Of a DNA stretch of 64,000 bases, positions 12,137-21,347 are shown piece after piece. The notes beneath the pieces were generated by a model. The model did no database searches. It was not told the origin of the DNA and was given only the letters and a program-made list of their open reading frames with translations. Origin of the DNA: a virus. Each line of letters starts with the position of its first letter. Within the stretch, counting starts at the first letter, position 1. The DNA lies in IMG/VR virus record IMGVR_UViG_3300042258_000235, positions 25,633 through 89,632 of that record. One strand, written 5' to 3'. Both the position numbers and the translations under genes were made by a program.

Positions 12137-12607
12137 TTATACCTCTATGATAAATATATCACTATATATTTCTAAAACATTATTTTCTTTTTCTAAATAA
12201 ACATCTTCATTCTCTGTTAATTTTATTCTTTTAAATATATTATCTTCCATTTCAACATCAATTTTAAAAGTTTCTTTTATCCACTCATTTATCATTATAT
12301 TAAAATCAGTATTAGTTATTTTCATACCTTTTGATAAAATAGTTATTATAAAAATTTCATTATGTTTGATTTTACATATCAACCCGAAATCATTAAAATT
12401 AATTCCATACAAACCTTCAGGATATGAAGAACTAACATCTATTAATTTTTTAATCTTTTCAATAAATTCTGATTTCTTTAGCCCAGATCTATTTAATCTT
12501 GATTTAAAACTATGATTAGAATATGAATTATAATATACTGATACATTATTATAAAAAACTAAGAAGGAAGAACCACCCTTTTCATTCAAATATTCTAAAA
12601 AATTCAT
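12137..12607 (-). CDS. hypothetical protein with an N-terminal YLNE leader
   Basis: 156 aa; starts MNFLEYLNE. Confidence 0.7.
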   Translation of the reverse strand: MNFLEYLNEKGGSSFLVFYNNVSVYYNSYSNHSFKSRLNRSGLKKSEFIEKIKKLIDVSSSYPEGLYGINFNDFGLICKIKHNEIFIITILSKGMKITNTDFNIMINEWIKETFKIDVEMEDNIFKRIKLTENEDVYLEKENNVLEIYSDIFIIEV

Positions 12608-12633
12608 ATTCTTATCTCCTTTATATTATAATA

Positions 12634-13254
12634 TTAAATAATTACAGACTCAGCAAACTCAAGTGATTCCTTTGATTTTTTAATTTTTTCTCTGATTTTT
12701 TCATTTTCAAGTTCTTTAATTTTTCTATAGTAACTATTAACTATAGTTTTGTAAATAGATTTATCTATTTCTACTTCTGATATTTTATTAAACTCTTCAT
12801 AATTTGTTATTTTTATTTCATCTGATTTACAACAAATCATTCCCTGTGTTTCTAATGCATCATTTAATAAAATATTAAATAAATGAATCATATCATCTCT
12901 TTTCATATGATCATGAGAATATTTTAATTCTATGTTAGAATCGAATGAAATAGAAATTCCATATTCTTTAAATTTATTTTTTAGTTCAAGATCATTAACA
13001 AACTCTGATAAACTTAGTAATTCAGCAATAGGTTCAATCATTGAATCTATTTTTGATGGAGATGTTTCACTAGGATAGCCACCTCTATAATATTTAATAT
13101 CTTTAAACAATTTGAAATATTTTTTATCGATTCCAAAAACTTCTTCAAATTGTTTTTTAAGACTATTCATTTTTTTAGTATAGTCTTCATTAATATCATA
13201 CCTTAATTGTGCTGATTTTTCTAAGTTCTCAATTACTTTTTCATCATATTCCAT
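12634..13254 (-). CDS. hypothetical protein (weak resemblance to T4 DsbA-like dsDNA-binding proteins)
   Basis: 206 aa with AGGAG RBS; the resemblance rests only on the KKQFEEVFGIDKKYF segment. Confidence 0.6.
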   Translation of the reverse strand: MEYDEKVIENLEKSAQLRYDINEDYTKKMNSLKKQFEEVFGIDKKYFKLFKDIKYYRGGYPSETSPSKIDSMIEPIAELLSLSEFVNDLELKNKFKEYGISISFDSNIELKYSHDHMKRDDMIHLFNILLNDALETQGMICCKSDEIKITNYEEFNKISEVEIDKSIYKTIVNSYYRKIKELENEKIREKIKKSKESLEFAESVII

Positions 13255-13356
13255 TATAAAGCTCCTTTTTAAAATTAAAGATAATAGTATTCCATTAAAA
13301 TTTTAAATTAATAAAATTCTTAATATTTGTAAATAAATTTTATATTAGATTGGGAA

Positions 13357-15267
13357 TTAAATGCCAAAATAATAGGCTAAAGCCGGAGGATCAGTATCAT
13401 AAATTATATATTTTGGTTTCTTTTTAACAAGTAGTTCTCTCTCTATATTAAAAAGTTTTATACTATTAATATATAAAATATAATATGGATTAGAAAACCT
13501 TAGGTTTTCTTTTAAAGACAAGGTTCTTTTAAAGTTTTTAATAACATTAATGATTTTATTAAAAGAACCTTGGTTTCAAGATCTAAATTTAAAAGAAACC
13601 TTAGCATTAGAAAATGTTATTATATTTTTATTAATAACAGATTCTATTATTTGTTTAGAAACATCAATATGTTTTAGATATCTTTTTCTATTATTATGAA
13701 ATTCATATTCTATTTCTGATGAATCTAGTTTTCTTAATTTTTCAGTATAATCAGATTTCTGATTTTGAAATTTATTATAAGATTTAAATAAGTCTATAAA
13801 ATATTGTGAAACTAAATGTTTTAGTTCAAAATCAATAAAACTTTGTACATCATGATATTTATGATAACCTTTAATATAAATTCCATCATGAAGAACAAGA
13901 TGAGATAAATTTTTTGAAGATAAATATTTTGCAAAATTAAACATAATATGTGATTCTAGTCTCTGATATATGAATGTAGAATATTCTGATTTCTTTAGTC
14001 CTGTGTTTTTAAAATCTAAGAAATCAGCTATTAGATCAAGAGCTCTAGTCATTTCTTTTTTTAGATTTATGAAAAAATCATGATTTAGAGTTTTAGTAAT
14101 AAGATCTTTTTTATCTATTTTGGTTTCAGAAGATTCTATATATTGAATAAAAAATTTAGAATATCTATTAAAAGAGCAACCCATTGTTATATTATTTACA
14201 GCAAGCTTTGTTATTCCAGGATATCCTAGTTCAAGATCTATTTTTTCTCTTATTTGATCTTTATATTTAATATAAGCTTCTATATGTTTAAATTTAATCT
14301 TTTTACCATTTCTAAATTTATCAAATTCAAATTTAATTTTGGCTCTTGATATTATTTCTGCAAGGGCATAAATAGAATTTATTGCAATAGAATTTAGATC
14401 ATATTCTATATAATTATTTAAAAAACAGTTTCTAATGTCTTTTGGCAGATTATTAGAAATTGCTGTACCTCTAGATCATTTTTGAGAACTGTAATTTATT
14501 TCATTTGAATAATATATATCTAAAATTGTATCTTCATAATATTCTCGTTTTATATTATTTTTATAATGTGTATCAATATAATAGAGTGCATTAACGAGAT
14601 TTACAAATGGTATTTCTGGTTTTGCTGTATAAATATAATTTTTTTCTTCAAGAAAATCTTTATTTATAAATTCCTTACATTCTGCTATTTTCTTTTGAAA
14701 TGCTTTAATCTTTTCTTGATGTTTAAAAGATCAATCATTAAAATGTTTTTTTACATCATTAAAAGAAAACCATGAATATTTAATAGATTTATTTATTTTA
14801 TTAAATTCTGTTGTAAATCTATAACCATCACAATGATTTGTGAATGAATTACCTGTATAAGTTTTAATGAACATTTTATTAAATCATTTATTAAGATGAG
14901 AATATCTTGGTTTTGTTTTTGATCTTCATTTTGTTCCTAATACAGAAATAATATAATCTTGAGAGAGCGCAACTGTGTGAGCATTAGCTTGAATATTATG
15001 TTTCATATATGATTTATTAATAAACTGTAATAGATTAATAAAATCATATTTCATAGTCTCAGGTAATGAAAACCAATCATTAATTTCAAAATAGTTTAAT
15101 AAAGTTTTAAAATGTTTTTTTGTAGGCAGTTTATATAATTGATTTAAATGAGTTCAAACTCTTTGTGAGGTTTCTTTGCGTTCTTCTAAAGGAAGGTTTT
15201 TGATTTCTTCAAGATTGATGTTTATTACTGATTTGTTTATTTGGTAGTGGATTGTATTTTTTTTCAT
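13357..15267 (-). CDS. divergent family-A polymerase-like (palm domain) protein, 636 aa
   Basis: Continuous frame with TGA=Trp; ordered motifs SRGTAISNNLPKDIRNCF, IEYDLNS (A), TKLAVNNITMG (B-like), YQRLES and LVLHDGIY (C). Confidence 0.6.
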
Positions 15268-15277
15268 TTAAATTTTT

Positions 15278-15370
15278 TACCTCAGTTAAATTAAAATGGA
15301 AGTTAGATTGCTCAATTTTTTATTTAACTGAGGTAGAGCAATCAAGGCTTGCAATTTCCCTGTCCTTCCA
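15278..15370 (-). ncRNA. three-way-junction / anti-SD pseudoknot RNA motif, copy A
   Basis: TGGAAG-GAC-[hairpin]-GATTGCTC/GAGCAATC-TAA-CTTCCA; the loop TACCTCAGTTAAA is complementary to downstream TTTAACTGAGGTA, which contains the SD. Confidence 0.7.
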
Positions 15371-15535
15371 AACTTTATTTTTTGTTTATTATTATTTATA
15401 TAAAAATTCTTGCAATTTGTAAATAGTTTTTTTATTATTATTTATATTTTTTATAAACTATTTTTTTATATTTGTAAATAGTTTTTTTATTATTTATAAA
15501 AAAATACAAAAAGTTTTGTAAAAGAAATGTAAAAG

Positions 15536-16252
15536 TTATAATTTATTATTAATTAAATTTATTATGTTTTTATTTTTTTCTGATTTAAGTATTTGTTTTA
15601 ATATATCTTCATGTTTTTCAGCTCTTAAATGTCTAATTGCTTCATATCTAATATCATCATTTTTATCATTTAAAGCCACATAAATATATACTTCAGGAAT
15701 ATTAGATAATAACATAATTTCTTTTCTTAATATATCATTTTTTTCATTTTTTATTATTTTAAGTCAGTCTTCAGCTTTTAAAGTTTCTCTATAATATAAT
15801 GTATAAATAATATCTTTTCTTATACTTTCATTTTTTTCTTTTAATGCTAATTTAATTAAAATATTATCATCTTTAATAGATGATAATGCTGATTTTTTTG
15901 TTTTAAAATTTGTTGCATTCTGAAAAAGGAAAAGAGCTGCTTTATCATCATTTGTTTTATCTAATATTCGTAAAAAAACAAATTCTTTTGAATCATCTTT
16001 AATATTATCATATAGATATTTTAATAAAAATTTATTATCCTTAATATACTGTACCACAGAACTTTGTACTGAAGAAGATTCATCATATAATAAAATTTGT
16101 TTTAAAAAATCTTGATCTTTAATTTTATTTTCGATATCATATATTTTTCTAGTTGAATCTTTTTTATTTCATTCAGAATTAATATATTCTTCTTTATCTT
16201 TATAAGACCCTTCATTTAGAAATAAATCTATTTTTTTTAAAATATTTGTCAT
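15536..16252 (-). CDS. HEAT-like helical repeat protein with a KIDLFLNE leader
   Basis: 238 aa with TGA read-through at 16169 and 15764; repeats such as ALKEKNESIR and ALNDKNDDIRYEAI. Confidence 0.7.
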
Positions 16253-16335
16253 TCTTTTATACTCCTTATTATTATTATTTATATTTAAATATTTTTATAT
16301 TATTTATTATAAATGATATAAAAAAAGGAGAAAAA

Positions 16336-17139
16336 ATGTTATTAATAAACGGTAAAAAGATTTTTATAAATGAATTACCCAATAAAGAAGTATTAATTGA
16401 TATTGATACTACAAAATTTGAAACAATTAATATTGAAATGAAATTTGAAAGTAATGCAGATATTTTTAATCTATTTTTATTAAAAAAACATATTGATTTT
16501 CAATCAAAAAATAAAAGAGTAAATTTAATATTAAAATATATTCCATATTCAAGAATGGATAGAGTTGAACAAAATATTTGTTTTACATTAAAATATTTTT
16601 GTGAATTTATTAATTCTTTAGATTTTAATAGAGTAATTGTTTATGATCCTCATTCTGACGTATCATCAGCATTAATAAACAATATAAAAATTAAATCTGT
16701 AATACCTAATTTAATTAAAAGATTTAAAAATGATAAAAATGTATTATATGTTTTTCCTGATGCAACAGCATATAAAAGATATAAAAAATATATAGACAGT
16801 GAAAAATATTGTCTTTTTATTAAAGACAGAGATTTTACAACTGGAAAAATTATTAATAGTAGAATTGTTGGTATAGAAAATTTAAGTTCTTCTATTGATA
16901 AAGTTATTATAATTGATGATCTTGTTTCTTATGAAGAAACCTTTATAATTACAACAAATATTATAAAAAAATATATACCTGCTGCTAAATATATACTATG
17001 TGTTGCTCATGCAGAAAAAAATTGTTTTAACGGTGAATTATTTAATAATATTGATTTTTTATATACATCAGATTCAATAATTTCTTCTTATGATATTCCT
17101 GAAATTTATAAAAATAATGTTTTAATTAATTATATTTAA
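16336..17139 (+). CDS. ribose-phosphate pyrophosphokinase-like protein (Prs/Adps family)
   Basis: YIPYSRMDR, DPHS, FPDATAYKRY, IIDD; ATG at 16336 follows AGGAG. Confidence 0.85.
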   Translation: MLLINGKKIFINELPNKEVLIDIDTTKFETINIEMKFESNADIFNLFLLKKHIDFQSKNKRVNLILKYIPYSRMDRVEQNICFTLKYFCEFINSLDFNRVIVYDPHSDVSSALINNIKIKSVIPNLIKRFKNDKNVLYVFPDATAYKRYKKYIDSEKYCLFIKDRDFTTGKIINSRIVGIENLSSSIDKVIIIDDLVSYEETFIITTNIIKKYIPAAKYILCVAHAEKNCFNGELFNNIDFLYTSDSIISSYDIPEIYKNNVLINYI

Positions 17140-17172
17140 TTTACAAAAAATAATAAAGGAGAAAAAAGTTTT

Positions 17173-17421
17173 ATGATAATCAAAATGAATATTGTGGGTA
17201 TGAAAAAGAAATATCGTATATTAGATATGGATGAAGTAATAGAGGAAAATGACTTTTGTTCAATGGGCTTTGTTCCAATCGAATTATTGAAAGATGAGAA
17301 TGAGATTAAAAAATTGCACTATATAAGAACTCTGTGTGCTGGAGATAAGGTAAACGAACATACTTCTGATAATAAAGTTAGAGTTTATATAAGAGAAGTT
17401 AGTTTTTTCAATAACAAATAA
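17173..17421 (+). CDS. hypothetical protein
   Basis: 82-aa ORF with AGGAG RBS. Confidence 0.6.
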   Translation: MIIKMNIVGMKKKYRILDMDEVIEENDFCSMGFVPIELLKDENEIKKLHYIRTLCAGDKVNEHTSDNKVRVYIREVSFFNNK

Positions 17422-17435
17422 GAAGGAGATATCAT

Positions 17436-17639
17436 ATGGCAGAAGCTAAAATATGTGACTTGTGTGGAGATTTTTATAAACCATATAAACACACACATAA
17501 AGGAAGAGAAAACTATATAACGTTTGAACTAAAAATATCTGTTAATAAGCTTAACGGCTTAAATATTGCAAGTGATGACTTTGATCTATGTAAAGAATGT
17601 TTAAATAAAGAGCTGATAAAATTTATTGATGATCTTTAA
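17436..17639 (+). CDS. small Zn-binding hypothetical protein
   Basis: CDLC...CKEC; similar architecture to ORF 509-757. Confidence 0.65.
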   Translation: MAEAKICDLCGDFYKPYKHTHKGRENYITFELKISVNKLNGLNIASDDFDLCKECLNKELIKFIDDL

Positions 17640-17650
17640 AGTTTAAATAT

Positions 17651-17846
17651 GGCAGTGTGGCGGAATAGGTAGACGTTATAGGTTAAGGCAGTGGGTAACG
17701 TAAGTCAGGGAAAAATATGTCGGGGAAGCACGCAAATACCTGAGCCCATTTAAAACACACTAAATCAAAAACCTAAGTGACTGTTAACCAGTATACCGAC
17801 TAAGTGTGTATATTGCCATGCAGGGTGCAAATCCCTGCCACTGCCA
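17651..17846 (+). ncRNA. tRNA-like structured RNA with an expanded anticodon/variable region (196 nt)
   Basis: Acceptor stem GGCAGTG/CACTGCC, D-arm GCG-GAATAGGTAGA-CGT, T-arm GCAGGG-TGCAAAT-CCCTGC, with about 140 nt of structured insert. Confidence 0.75.
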
Positions 17847-17870
17847 TTTAATAGTATAGAAGGATTGGAA

Positions 17871-18164
17871 ATGAAATATTCTGAAATAGAAAGACACGAA
17901 ATGCAACCTGATATTTACGGTGGGGATAAATGCGATGAACACATCCCTATGTGGAACAGTTACTGTTATGGAGACATGGGAGAGGATACAAGTTTTGACC
18001 CTCTAATATTTGATCCTAAATTATACCCACCTGGAACTATTATAGAGGTTAAAACACCATGTTGCCCTAAATGTGGTGAGGTTTTTGAGAACTGTATTAT
18101 TCGTGGCCAGCCAGGGAGCTGTGATTTCGATTGGAAAAAATGGACTGAAGAAAGATATTCATAA
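17871..18164 (+). CDS. hypothetical protein
   Basis: Cys-rich ORF (CPKC); Trp codons are TGG. Confidence 0.6.
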   Translation: MKYSEIERHEMQPDIYGGDKCDEHIPMWNSYCYGDMGEDTSFDPLIFDPKLYPPGTIIEVKTPCCPKCGEVFENCIIRGQPGSCDFDWKKWTEERYS

Positions 18165-18176
18165 TGTGTGGGGACA

Positions 18177-18335
18177 ATGATGGTTTTTGTTGTGTTTATT
18201 ATTGCTTCAATTAGCTTTATTGGTGGTTATCTTCAAGGGGAAAAAGAAAAAAAGGCTGAGATTCTTGAAAAGAACCCTGATTATTTTTTAACCAAGGATT
18301 TAAAGATTGAAAAAATATGGTGTGATCCCAATTAA
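18177..18335 (+). CDS. small membrane protein (paralog of 18924-19067)
   Basis: Hydrophobic N-terminus followed by ILEKNPDYFLTKDL. Confidence 0.5.
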   Translation: MMVFVVFIIASISFIGGYLQGEKEKKAEILEKNPDYFLTKDLKIEKIWCDPN

Positions 18336-18337
18336 AG

Positions 18338-18365
18338 ACCATTTTACCAACGCCGGTAAAATGGT
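18338..18365. repeat. intergenic palindrome
   Basis: ACCATTTTACC-N6-GGTAAAATGGT, perfect 11-bp inverted repeat. Confidence 0.7.
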
Positions 18366-18386
18366 TACAATTTGAAAAGAGGAAAA

Positions 18387-18884
18387 ATGAGCTACACAAG
18401 TCTTTACTCTATATTTAAAACAAAAGCTGTTTGTTTTAAGGAGCTTCGAAATTCTTATGGAACAGGTATGGCCGTATGGGATTACATTTCTATGAAATAC
18501 ACTGGTGATTACTTTAGCCTGTACGGTGATGTAGAAAACTTCTGGCTTCTTTGGAAAGATGAAAGACTTTCAGAAAATGAAAGAGCAGTTCTCTTATCTA
18601 CATATGATTATTTTTTTGTTGAAACTGAGCATTTAAACAGATTTTCAGAAGCCTGTAAAGATGTTCACAGGCAAATTTTAGAGAAAACCAGGTGGTCGTG
18701 GAGTCATTTTGAAACTATAGGAGAAGAAGCTGCGGCAATGCATAAAAAACATGACTATCGATGTCTTGGTCTTGGAATTGGCTGTACTTCTGTTTGTGAT
18801 CCCTGGGAGTCTTGGAAACCTGAACAAAATAAACCAAGCGGGGTTTATGATCTTATTGAAAAATTATTGGAGGTATTATATTAA
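18387..18884 (+). CDS. hypothetical accessory protein
   Basis: GAGG RBS before ATG 18387; 7 Trp, all TGG. Confidence 0.7.
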   Translation: MSYTSLYSIFKTKAVCFKELRNSYGTGMAVWDYISMKYTGDYFSLYGDVENFWLLWKDERLSENERAVLLSTYDYFFVETEHLNRFSEACKDVHRQILEKTRWSWSHFETIGEEAAAMHKKHDYRCLGLGIGCTSVCDPWESWKPEQNKPSGVYDLIEKLLEVLY

Positions 18885-18923
18885 CAGATATAAATCAAAA
18901 TGGTTTGAAAAGGAAAAGGGAAA

Positions 18924-19067
18924 ATGACAATTTTAATTTTTGTTTGTTCTTTTATTTTTGGTTATATTCTTGGAAAAGATGATATGTTATCTAAAATTTT
19001 AGAGAAAAATCCTGATTTTTTTTTTAGACAAGGATTTAACTATAGAGAGACATCCTTACAGATATAA
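18924..19067 (+). CDS. small membrane protein, probably frameshifted at a T10 run
   Basis: Similarity to the 18177-18335 paralog continues in a different frame after the T10 run at 19016-19025. Confidence 0.45.
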   Translation: MTILIFVCSFIFGYILGKDDMLSKILEKNPDFFFRQGFNYRETSLQI

Positions 19068-19146
19068 ATAAAAATGGAAAATTTTTAAGCTAAGAAACTC
19101 CTTGTATTTTAATAAATTTCCAAATTAAAAAGGATATAAAAGAAGT

Positions 19147-19452
19147 ATGGAAATTATGATATTTAAAAAAAATAAGAAAAAATCAAACTGCTTGATTGAA
19201 GCCTTAAAGTTAAGGAAAAAAATAAAAGGAAGCAAAATTTATTGGGTTTGGTTTATTCAAAGAAGACCTTATCCTCACGTTTTTATTGAAAAATCTGGTT
19301 ATACAATTGATTTTTGGAATTTTAATAAAAAACAAAATATCTTTTCTGTTTTTTACAAAGGACAATATAGAATTTCCAAATTAAAGTTTCCAAAGGGAAT
19401 TCAATGGGCAAAAGTCAAAAAAAAAGAAAAAAGTAAAACAAAGAATATTTAA
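19147..19452 (+). CDS. basic hypothetical protein
   Basis: 101-aa ORF. Confidence 0.55.
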   Translation: MEIMIFKKNKKKSNCLIEALKLRKKIKGSKIYWVWFIQRRPYPHVFIEKSGYTIDFWNFNKKQNIFSVFYKGQYRISKLKFPKGIQWAKVKKKEKSKTKNI

Positions 19453-19499
19453 AGATGACAATACTTCCATTTAATAAAATTTTTAAAGGGAAATAAAAA

Positions 19500-19841
19500 A
19501 TGAACACTTCTGAATTTACTTGTATCTGTGGCAAAAGTAAAACTTGGATAACTGAAGGTCAGGAAACAGAAAAATGTCCTGAATGCGGAAGAAAATATAT
19601 TGTAGTTTATGATGAAAAGAATTTTAAATTAAAAGCTGAAGAAATAAAAGATTTAAAAATAACAAGACAAATGTTTGAAGGAAAAGAATTTTGCTGTGAA
19701 ATGATTTCAAATAAAAAGAAAAAATTATCTGTTTGTTTTTCTGACGGTTCTCATTTCTTCAAAGTGGAATCTCTTGAAAAAAATAAAGAACTAAAAACAC
19801 AATCTTTTGGTAAAGCGATTAGAGAATTTAACGAAGATTAG
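19500..19841 (+). CDS. Zn-ribbon hypothetical protein
   Basis: CICG...CPECG. Confidence 0.6.
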   Translation: MNTSEFTCICGKSKTWITEGQETEKCPECGRKYIVVYDEKNFKLKAEEIKDLKITRQMFEGKEFCCEMISNKKKKLSVCFSDGSHFFKVESLEKNKELKTQSFGKAIREFNED

Positions 19842-20046
19842 AACCTTTACTTTTAAAAAAGAAAAAGAAATGAATCCTAGAGTTTAAAGAAAATTTTGCT
19901 GGAAAAATATCTCTATGTACTACTTATGAACTCCTCAATTACAGGAAATCCTTAGACGCTATTCTTTTAGAACTCATTATGGATAAAAACAATTCTATAA
20001 CTAAAGAATTATCTGATAAAATTGAAAAAGTGTTAGGGTATAAAAA

Positions 20047-20716
20047 ATGATTAGAAGGGACTATTTTCTTTTTGCTAAAATAAAAGGTCAGGGAGACATT
20101 AAAACTGACTGTGAAATTTTTATGGAAATAACCTCTTGGTTTTCTTTATCTCCAGAAGAAATCGTGAAAGAAGCAAAACAGACAATGAAAAAAAAAAACT
20201 AGATCCTGAAAACAAAGCTGATTTAAAAGTAACAATACTTTTCTTAAATAAAATTTAAAAAGTATTAAAAATGGAAATTTCAATTCAAGAGTATCATGAC
20301 CTTATAAAAAAGAAAAAAAGTTAGAAGCATTAGAAAGAAATAATGTTCATGAATGGTCTTCTTATTCTAAAGCAATAAAACAATGGGAACTTGAAAATGC
20401 TCTTAAAGAAAGAAGACTTAAATTAATAAAAGATATCTTGGAATTTTTCGAAAGAAATTCTTTATTTTTAGAGGATATTGAAAATAAAACTTTTGAGCTT
20501 TTAGAGCTTTTTAAAAAAATGGAGTTGTTTTTAAACCTTAAAAATAGAAACTAATAACATAAGGTAAACAGAAATGAAAAAAAATTTCGCTTTTATGATC
20601 CTAAAGCAATTAGATATATAGCTGAAGGTGAAAATATCAACGTATTTAAAGTATCTAAGCTTAACTCATATGGATATGAGATAAGTTCTGAGTACTTAAT
20701 TCGTAAAATTAGATAA
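20047..20716 (+). pseudogene. three consecutive small ORFs, each broken at an A-run
   Basis: ATG at 20047 (A11 at 20188), 20271 (A6 at 20306) and 20574 (A8 at 20577); adding one A restores an open frame in each. Confidence 0.5.
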
Positions 20717-20732
20717 ATGAAAGATTTTTAAT

Positions 20733-20942
20733 ATGAAACAACATAATGATAAAATAATTCTTAATGTTTGTGGTAAAGATGAAGTATTTACTAAAGAAGA
20801 CCTTAAAGAAATGTCATTTGATGGTTTAAAGATGTTATGTTCTTTTTGTGATAATTTAAAAACAATTGAAAGATTGGCAAGAATGTCAGGTTCTGAAAGA
20901 TTTATTTCTTACACTATATCATTTATTAATACTATTAAATAA
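20733..20942 (+). CDS. hypothetical protein
   Basis: 69-aa ORF. Confidence 0.45.
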   Translation: MKQHNDKIILNVCGKDEVFTKEDLKEMSFDGLKMLCSFCDNLKTIERLARMSGSERFISYTISFINTIK

Positions 20943-21304
20943 AGATATTAAATAATGTCCAAAGTTTTTATAAACGGTATATCTTTGAAATTTATTTTAA
21001 TTTTGATATTAAAGAAAAAAATTGTTTACATTAGAGAGTAAGATGTTTAATATAAATAAAAATTATTTAATAAAGGAGAATATGAAAAAGATCAATATAT
21101 TTCCTGGTTTGATAATCTAATATTTATTTTTCAATTAATTTTATCATGTGGTATATTTAGTGTACTAATTCCTATATTTCCTATACTTTTAATAGTAGGT
21201 ATTTTATATTTTTTACGATATATGTTTAGATTAAGAAGATCAATTAAAGAATTACAATCAAATATAAAAATAAAAAATAAATTTTCAAAACCAACAATTT
21301 AAAA

Positions 21305-21347
21305 TTTTTATTGAGGATTATTTACCAACTATAATCCTCAATAAAAA
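21305..21347. terminator. bidirectional rho-independent terminator
   Basis: Perfect 17-bp inverted repeat TTTTTATTGAGGATTAT/ATAATCCTCAATAAAAA between convergent transcription units. Confidence 0.75.

Noticed and set aside
15410..15500. Tandem TGTAAATAGTTTTTTT repeats as iterons
   Set aside because: More simply explained as duplicated TTTACA -35 promoter elements on the minus strand in extremely AT-rich DNA
17651..17846. tmRNA or intron-containing suppressor tRNA
   Set aside because: No Ala-type acceptor or tag ORF, too short for a group I intron, and I could not reconstruct a canonical anticodon arm by removing an intron
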